A program made the position numbers and the translations under genes. From an uncultured Candidatus Entotheonella sp. (lineage in GTDB: Bacteria; Tectomicrobia; Entotheonellia; Entotheonellales; Entotheonellaceae), in assembly GCA_965217185.1 (NCBI GenBank), contig OZ244252.1, positions 2,784,001 through 2,848,000 of the forward strand: a DNA stretch of 64,000 bases. Direction: 5' to 3'. Positions 58,606-64,000 of the stretch are shown here, piece by piece. How positions within the stretch are numbered: position 1 is the first letter of the stretch; every line of letters begins with the position of its first letter. The notes beneath the pieces are model-generated. The model was given only the letters and a program-made list of their open reading frames with translations, was not told the DNA's origin and ran no database searches.

Positions 58606-59283
58606 TCAGGGCGCCGGATGGCTGATGGTGCGCCAATCGCGGGCGTCGAAGTAGGTAGCGAATTGGCCTTCAATGTGGGCCTGGTCGGCTGCCGTCTTGG
58701 GACGCCGCAACTCGTAGAGGTGCGGGAAGGCGGCCCAGCCGACGGTGAGGTCCCACAGGCGCATGGCGTCGTCGCCGGTGGGCGCCGGGGTGATGACGGG
58801 GCCGAACAGCGCGGTGCCGTCGTCGAACACCAGGGTGGGGACGCCGAAGCCGCCGCGCTGCACCACGGCGTCGTGGTCGGCGCGCACGTCGTCGTGGGTG
58901 GTGTCGTCGGCGATGGCGGCGTCGACGAGCTGCGGATCGAGGCCCATGTCGGCCAGCACCTGCCGGGCGCCGTCGGGCAGGTGGACTTTTTTGCCCTCCT
59001 CGTGCAGGGCGCGCCCGGCGGCGGCGTAAAAGTGGTCGAGCTCGCGTATGGAGCGGCGGCGCAGCAGGGCGCCGACGCGCAGCAGCGACCAGCCGTAGGA
59101 CCACGGGCGCTCCCAGGGATGCTTTTTGCCTTCGGGCCGGTTGATTTCCTCCAGGCTGAAGAACTTCCAGGCGATCTCAAGGCCGTTGCGCTCGCGCACG
59201 TCGCGAATCCATTTGGAGGTCTGGTAGGCCCAGGGGCACATGATGTCGAAGTAGAAATCCAGGCGCGTCGGGCGGGCGGACAT
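58606..59283 (-). CDS. DsbA/thioredoxin-fold protein (Rv2466c-like)
   Basis: DFYFDIMCPWAY, FGVPT cis-Pro, FGPV, LYELRR. Confidence 0.82.
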   Translation of the reverse strand: MSARPTRLDFYFDIMCPWAYQTSKWIRDVRERNGLEIAWKFFSLEEINRPEGKKHPWERPWSYGWSLLRVGALLRRRSIRELDHFYAAAGRALHEEGKKVHLPDGARQVLADMGLDPQLVDAAIADDTTHDDVRADHDAVVQRGGFGVPTLVFDDGTALFGPVITPAPTGDDAMRLWDLTVGWAAFPHLYELRRPKTAADQAHIEGQFATYFDARDWRTISHPAP

Positions 59284-59563
59284 GGTAAGCTCCTTGATTG
59301 AATTTTGGGCGGCGGCCCCCCTCTCCCTAACCCTCCCCCACAAGGGGGGAGGGGACACCAAGCCAAGATAAAGGCAGGGCGGAAGTGACAACCCTCCCCG
59401 GCGAGGGGAGAAGGGACCGAAAAGCAACCTGCCACAGCGGGGTTTCTCTCCCTCACCCCGGCCCTCTCCCCTGGCGGGAGAGGGCCGGGGTGAGGGGGAA
59501 GGGAAACGCCAACTTGATCACCGGAACATTTTACCCCAAACGCAAAACACCAGAGGATATTCC

Positions 59564-60586
59564 ATGAAAATCGACACACAGATCGGCGGCGGCGTTTCCG
59601 GGAACGTTGCGGCGGACGCGCAGCGCCTGGAGCGCATGGGGTTCGACGGCGCCTGGACGTTCGAGGCCAAGCACGACCCGTTTCTGCCGCTGGCCCTGGC
59701 GGCGACCGCCACCGAGCGGCTGCAGTTGGGGACGAACATCACGGTGGCCTTCGGGCGCAGCCCGTTTTCGGTGGCGCAGACGGCGTGGGACCTGCAGCGC
59801 GGCAGCGGCGGGCGCTTCCACCTCGGGCTCGGCACCCAGGTGCGGGCGCACGTGGAGCGGCGCTATTCGATGCCGTTCGACCACCCGGCGGCGCGCCTCA
59901 CCGATTACGTGCGCTGCCTGCGCGCTATCTGGGACACCTTCCAGAACGATACGCGGCCGCGCTATGAGGGGCGGTTCTACCAGTTCAAGCTCATCAATCA
60001 ATTCTTCAACGCCGGGCCGATCGCGCACCCGGACATCCCGGTGTACGTGGCCGGCGTGAACCCGCGCATGTGCCGGGTGGCGGGCGAGGTGGCGGACGGC
60101 CTGCACGTGCACCCGATGCACTCGGTGGGCTACCTGCGCGACGTGGTGCGCCCGGCGCTGGCGGACGGGGCACGCCGCAGCGGCCGCGACGCCGCGGCGC
60201 TGGAGCTGTACGCACCGGTGATGGCGGTGACGGGCGACACGCAGGCGGAGATGGACGAGGCGGCGGCGAGGGCGCGGCAGCAGATCGCCTTCTACGGCTC
60301 GACGCCGAGCTACCGGGTGATGCTGGACTACCACGGCTGCGGCGCCCTCGGCGAGGAGTTGAACAAGCTGATGCGCCAGGGCGACTTCGACGAAATGGGC
60401 CGCCGGGTGCCGGACGAGCTGTTGGAGGCGGTGGCCGTCGTGGCGTCGCCCGGCGAGCTGGCCGCCAAGCTGCGGCAGCGCTACGAGGGCGTGCTGCACC
60501 GGCTGTCGATCTACGCGCCGGTGCCGGAAGGCGCGTCGGAGACCGAGTGGCAGCAGTTTATCGCCACCTTTCGCGCCGCGGCGTAG
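59564..60586 (+). CDS. LLM-class probable F420-dependent oxidoreductase
   Basis: HDPFLPL, LGLGTQVRAH, GEVADG..HP, IAFYGSTPSY. Confidence 0.88.
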   Translation: MKIDTQIGGGVSGNVAADAQRLERMGFDGAWTFEAKHDPFLPLALAATATERLQLGTNITVAFGRSPFSVAQTAWDLQRGSGGRFHLGLGTQVRAHVERRYSMPFDHPAARLTDYVRCLRAIWDTFQNDTRPRYEGRFYQFKLINQFFNAGPIAHPDIPVYVAGVNPRMCRVAGEVADGLHVHPMHSVGYLRDVVRPALADGARRSGRDAAALELYAPVMAVTGDTQAEMDEAAARARQQIAFYGSTPSYRVMLDYHGCGALGEELNKLMRQGDFDEMGRRVPDELLEAVAVVASPGELAAKLRQRYEGVLHRLSIYAPVPEGASETEWQQFIATFRAAA

Positions 60587-60735
60587 AGCGTTTCCGTCCC
60601 TCTCCATCACGCCCCCTTGAGGGGGAGTCGGCGAAACAAGGGCGCAGCCCGCCGGCGAGCCGGTGGGGGGACGTGTCGGCAGGCATCTGACGCGATGCGG
60701 AGTTTATGGCACGGGATGGATATCTGACGGCTTAG

Positions 60736-62209
60736 TACTACAGTTGCGGTTTAGCTGTTATCATGGTCTTTTCCCTGAACGCAAAGCGAAGGAGAGCCAT
60801 GATGTCAAGCCAGCCGTTCAACTCGCTCGCAACCGAGGCCGACCCCATGTCAAGCACGGGGCAGGCTATGACGACTGTCACGGGCTGGCAAGCCTGTCTC
60901 CATGAGGTGGCCCAGTGCCTGCGTCCCTCCTTTGGCCGTCGGGAATCGTGGCAACGCGCCGTGGCCTATATCGAAGGACTGCTCAGCACCACAGAACGTA
61001 AAAACGCCTGGCAGTTGGCGGAAATCAACGGCGATGCTACGCCCTATGGCATCCAGCACTTGCTCGGACGGGCTTCGTGGCAGGCCGACGACCTGCGAGA
61101 CGCCCTGTGTGCCTACGTCGTGGCACACCTGGGCGACCCCGACGCGGTGCTGGTGGTCGATGAGACGGGATTCTTGAAAAAAGGCGACCGCTCCGCCGGG
61201 GTGGCCAGGCAGTACAGCGGCACGGCCGGCAAAGTCGAAAACTGTCAGATTGGCGTGTTTGTGGGCTACGCCAGTCGCCTGGGTCAGACCTTGCTGGACC
61301 GTGCCTTATACCTGCCCGCGTCGTGGACGGAGGATGCTGCGCGCTGCCAGCGGGCGGGCATTGCTCCAGAGGCAGAGTTTGCCACCAAACCTGAGTTAGC
61401 CCGGACGATGCTTGAGCGCGCCTTTGCTTCGGGGGTGCCTGCCTCGTGGGTGGTGGGCGACAGCGTTTACGGCGACGCGCGTCGCTTGCGTCTGTGGTTG
61501 GAAGGGCAGGCAAAGGCGTATGTGTTGGCGGTGTCTGGCAAGGAACGTGTCTGGTTTGAGGGTCGTCCGTGTTCGGTGCAGTCGGTGCTTGCGGGGCTTG
61601 ACGAGGGGGCTTGGCAGCGACTGAGTGCCGGTTCGGGGAGCAAGGGGCCGAGGTTCTATGACTGGCAGTGTGTGGGGTTGACGGCGGCGCAGGCGGGTTG
61701 GCGCCGCTGTTTGCTGGTGCGTCGCAGCCTGAAAGCGGACGGGAAGTTGACGGCCTATGCGGTGTATGCGCCGTGCGGCACGGACTTGGCGACGCTGGTG
61801 TCGGTGGCGGGTCGGCGTTGGTGTATTGAGATGTGTTTTGAGGCGGCCAAGGGTGAAGTGGGACTAGATGAGTATGAGGTTCGCAGTTGGACGGGGTGGT
61901 ATCGTCACGTCACCTTGTCGATGTGGGCGTTGGCGTTGCTGAGTGCCGTGCGGGCCGCCCACTTGCAGGTGGTGGAAAAAAAACGCTCGTCGGTGAGCAG
62001 TCTGTTGGGCTTCAAAGCGTCGCGGGGCCTGGTGTCGTGTTGAGTGTGGCGGAGATACGGCGTTTGTTTTGGCGTTTAGTGCTGAGGGTGTGGCACGGCG
62101 TGGAGCAGGTGTTGGGATGGAGCAAATGGCGCCGTCGGCATCAATGGGTAGCGCGATGGTGTCATTACCGACGGCGCCAGAATCGTAACGTGGAATTGCA
62201 ACTGTAGTA
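60736..62209 (+). mobile_element. IS701-family insertion sequence, copy 2 (1474 bp)
   Basis: Same TIRs, TTAG target duplication; identical translated ORFs to copy 1. Confidence 0.93.
60763..62043 (+). CDS. IS701-family DDE transposase
   Basis: Identical protein to the 56918 ORF. Confidence 0.93.
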   Translation: MVFSLNAKRRRAMMSSQPFNSLATEADPMSSTGQAMTTVTGWQACLHEVAQCLRPSFGRRESWQRAVAYIEGLLSTTERKNAWQLAEINGDATPYGIQHLLGRASWQADDLRDALCAYVVAHLGDPDAVLVVDETGFLKKGDRSAGVARQYSGTAGKVENCQIGVFVGYASRLGQTLLDRALYLPASWTEDAARCQRAGIAPEAEFATKPELARTMLERAFASGVPASWVVGDSVYGDARRLRLWLEGQAKAYVLAVSGKERVWFEGRPCSVQSVLAGLDEGAWQRLSAGSGSKGPRFYDWQCVGLTAAQAGWRRCLLVRRSLKADGKLTAYAVYAPCGTDLATLVSVAGRRWCIEMCFEAAKGEVGLDEYEVRSWTGWYRHVTLSMWALALLSAVRAAHLQVVEKKRSSVSSLLGFKASRGLVSC

Positions 62210-62487
62210 TTAGAGCGGTTTGCGTTCGTTTGTCTGGTTTTCGCCAAGAGGGTGAGGCAGACATTCCTGTCTGCCTACGGAGGGTGGGACCACCCTCCGC
62301 GCGGGCTGAAAGCCCGCGCCACCCTGTGAAGCCCACGGCACCGCCGTATCACCGTCGGGGTTTGCCATATAGTCATACAGAAACTGCTTCATGTCCCCTC
62401 ACCCTTCCCCTCAAGGGGGAGGGAAATAGATTGATTTTCGGAAGCGACCTGCCAGGTCGGATTAGCGCAGCGCAAGGGCACTGGAGA

Positions 62488-63102
62488 ATGAGGATGCAGG
62501 CTGGTTGGATAAAGACAACGGGTTTCTTGGCGGCGACGTTGCTGCTCGGCGGTTTGGCCGCAGCGCAGAACCCCGACTGCCCGGCTGCGATCGGCATCCC
62601 GCGCCCGGCGGCGTGCCAGGACACGGTACTCATTTTCGTCACCCAGGCCGCCTTCCAGGGCAATTTCGGCGGCTTGGCCGGCGCCGACGTGCGGTGCCAG
62701 GAAGCAGCGCGCCGAGCCGGGCTGCCCGGTGTGTTCCGCGCCTGGCTGTCCACCGCCGCCGAGCCGGCCGGCGCCCGCGTCGCCCGCAAGGACGTGCCCT
62801 ACGTCATGCCGGGCGGCATCCGGGTGGCCGACAACTACGCCGACCTGACCGACGGCGACCTCGCCCACCCCATCGACCGCACGGAATACGGCGATGCCGT
62901 GCCGTCGCCGTTCCTGGCCCGCACCGCCACCACGCCCGACGGCCAGGCGTTGTCGCCCACTTGCGCCGACTGGACCTCACGCCGCCGCTACGACGGCGGC
63001 GGGTGGGGCGCGACGGATACGACGACCTCTGACTGGTCGCGCAGCGGCGTGTTTCCGGGAAGGTGCGATTATCTGGCGCACCTGTATTGCCTGGAGCAGT
63101 AG
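62488..63102 (+). CDS. Secreted DUF1554/endostatin-like domain protein
   Basis: Signal peptide; IFVT..GNFGGLAGADVRC, FRAWLS, C..WTS, LYCLEQ. Confidence 0.78.
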   Translation: MRMQAGWIKTTGFLAATLLLGGLAAAQNPDCPAAIGIPRPAACQDTVLIFVTQAAFQGNFGGLAGADVRCQEAARRAGLPGVFRAWLSTAAEPAGARVARKDVPYVMPGGIRVADNYADLTDGDLAHPIDRTEYGDAVPSPFLARTATTPDGQALSPTCADWTSRRRYDGGGWGATDTTTSDWSRSGVFPGRCDYLAHLYCLEQ

Positions 63103-63114
63103 GCACGTGGGGAT

Positions 63115-63144
63115 GTCGGATTACGCTGCGTTAATCCGACCTAC
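63115..63144 (-). repeat. GTAG-REP downstream of the DUF1554 gene (partial REP at ~62453 upstream)
   Basis: GTCGGATTACGCTGCGTTAATCCGACCTAC. Confidence 0.85.
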
Positions 63145-63356
63145 AACTGCTCTGACGACTTTATTGGTGTGAAAAGCCAGGAAATCTGCTGTCGAAAACG
63201 CAGAATACTTGTCGGAAAGGCAGTGAGAACAGGGTCTGACCTTCGTGTTGAAAGACAGGAGATCTGGCGGAGCAATCTGCTGAAATGCAGAGGAATTACG
63301 GTGAGATTGGCAACAGGGATCAGGTACGCGTAAGCCAAGGGAGGTGGAGAAAAAAC

Positions 63357-63482
63357 TTAGCGCTCGGCGGTTTCGGCTGTACTTCCGCCTTCGCGTTTCT
63401 TTGTCGTAACCGTGTTGTATACGAGGACGACAAGGGCGATGGTTGATATTGCAAACAATATGGTGACGATGACACTGAGCAT
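63357..63482 (-). CDS. 41-aa single-TM peptide
   Basis: MLSVIVTILFAISTIALVLVYNTVTTKKREGGSTAETAER; starts 3 bp after the upstream stop, with AGGAAAGG upstream. Confidence 0.45.
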   Translation of the reverse strand: MLSVIVTILFAISTIALVVLVYNTVTTKKREGGSTAETAER

Positions 63483-63485
63483 CGA

Positions 63486-63786
63486 TTATACCTTTCCTGC
63501 AATGAGGTGGGCGCAGGCATAGAAATTAACCGCCGTATAAAAGGAAGCTACAAGGTCTCTTGGCTCTTGAATGGTTTCTGTTACAGAACCGATGACAGTT
63601 GCAATAAACAAGCCGCTTGCTATGGTGGCGAGTGTTCTCGATGCCAGTTCCTTTTGTGCCCGAGTTGTCACTTTGTTCACCAAGTGAAGGCAAATGCTGT
63701 TGTTTAGTATTGACTTCATATAGCCAAGCGTCAAGAGCTTTCGAGCCGTTTCGAGCCTTGTAGCTGTGTTGGTTAGCTGATCCATG
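63486..63786 (-). CDS. Small two-TM hypothetical protein (start uncertain)
   Basis: Two hydrophobic segments at the C-terminus; lower-GC region. Confidence 0.4.
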
Positions 63787-64000
63787 GTGGCCAGCGTGAT
63801 AGGTGCCGTAGCACTGACGGGCAAGCCCTATTCCGCTAAACTGCGCCCATCAAAGGAGCAACTGCACGAACTTCCACAACGACACGGCTCAGATCTCGAA
63901 GAATGGCGGCGGGAACACTTCGGCCACGCCTTCGATTGCCTTACTCAGTGATGTTACGCATCTTTAGCGGGCGTTTGTGAATAGCGACGCCTTCCTGGGA

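Noticed and set aside
56891..62209. Composite transposon that moved DsbA-like and LLM genes as a unit
   Set aside because: Each IS has its own target duplication (CTAG and TTAG), indicating two independent insertions.
35779..64000. Prophage or integrative island at tRNA-Met
   Set aside because: No integrase, phage structural genes or duplicated tRNA 3' end was seen, although the region is accessory.

Overview
GC-rich bacterial window in two halves. Positions 1-35.9 kb are a mostly minus-strand housekeeping block: mtnP fragment, asd, leuB, trpFCD, ECF sigma/anti-sigma, nusB, ribH/ribBA/ribD, ppdK, lysC, hom, alaC-like, argS, recO, era, aspS, comEC, coaD, rlmN, an adenylate cyclase, four tRNAs and an archaeal-type FAU-1 RNase homolog. 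Positions 35.9-64 kb are an accessory, surface- and mobile-DNA-rich region. It holds a RAYT transposase with GTAG-type REPs, a tiny secreted (NPC)n peptide, a giant split cadherin/FN3 adhesin and a Slam/DUF560 (type XI secretion) locus with two TbpB-like lipoproteins, one broken by a mini-IS630. It also holds two identical-looking IS701 copies and, most notably, a REP-punctuated tandem array of cassette-like genes for membrane-anchored coiled coils built from shuffled 7-aa and 11-aa modules. Gene content suggests a host-associated (e.g. sponge-type) Deltaproteobacteria- or Tectomicrobia-like organism, which is inference only. Product calls come from recognised motifs; no database search was run.
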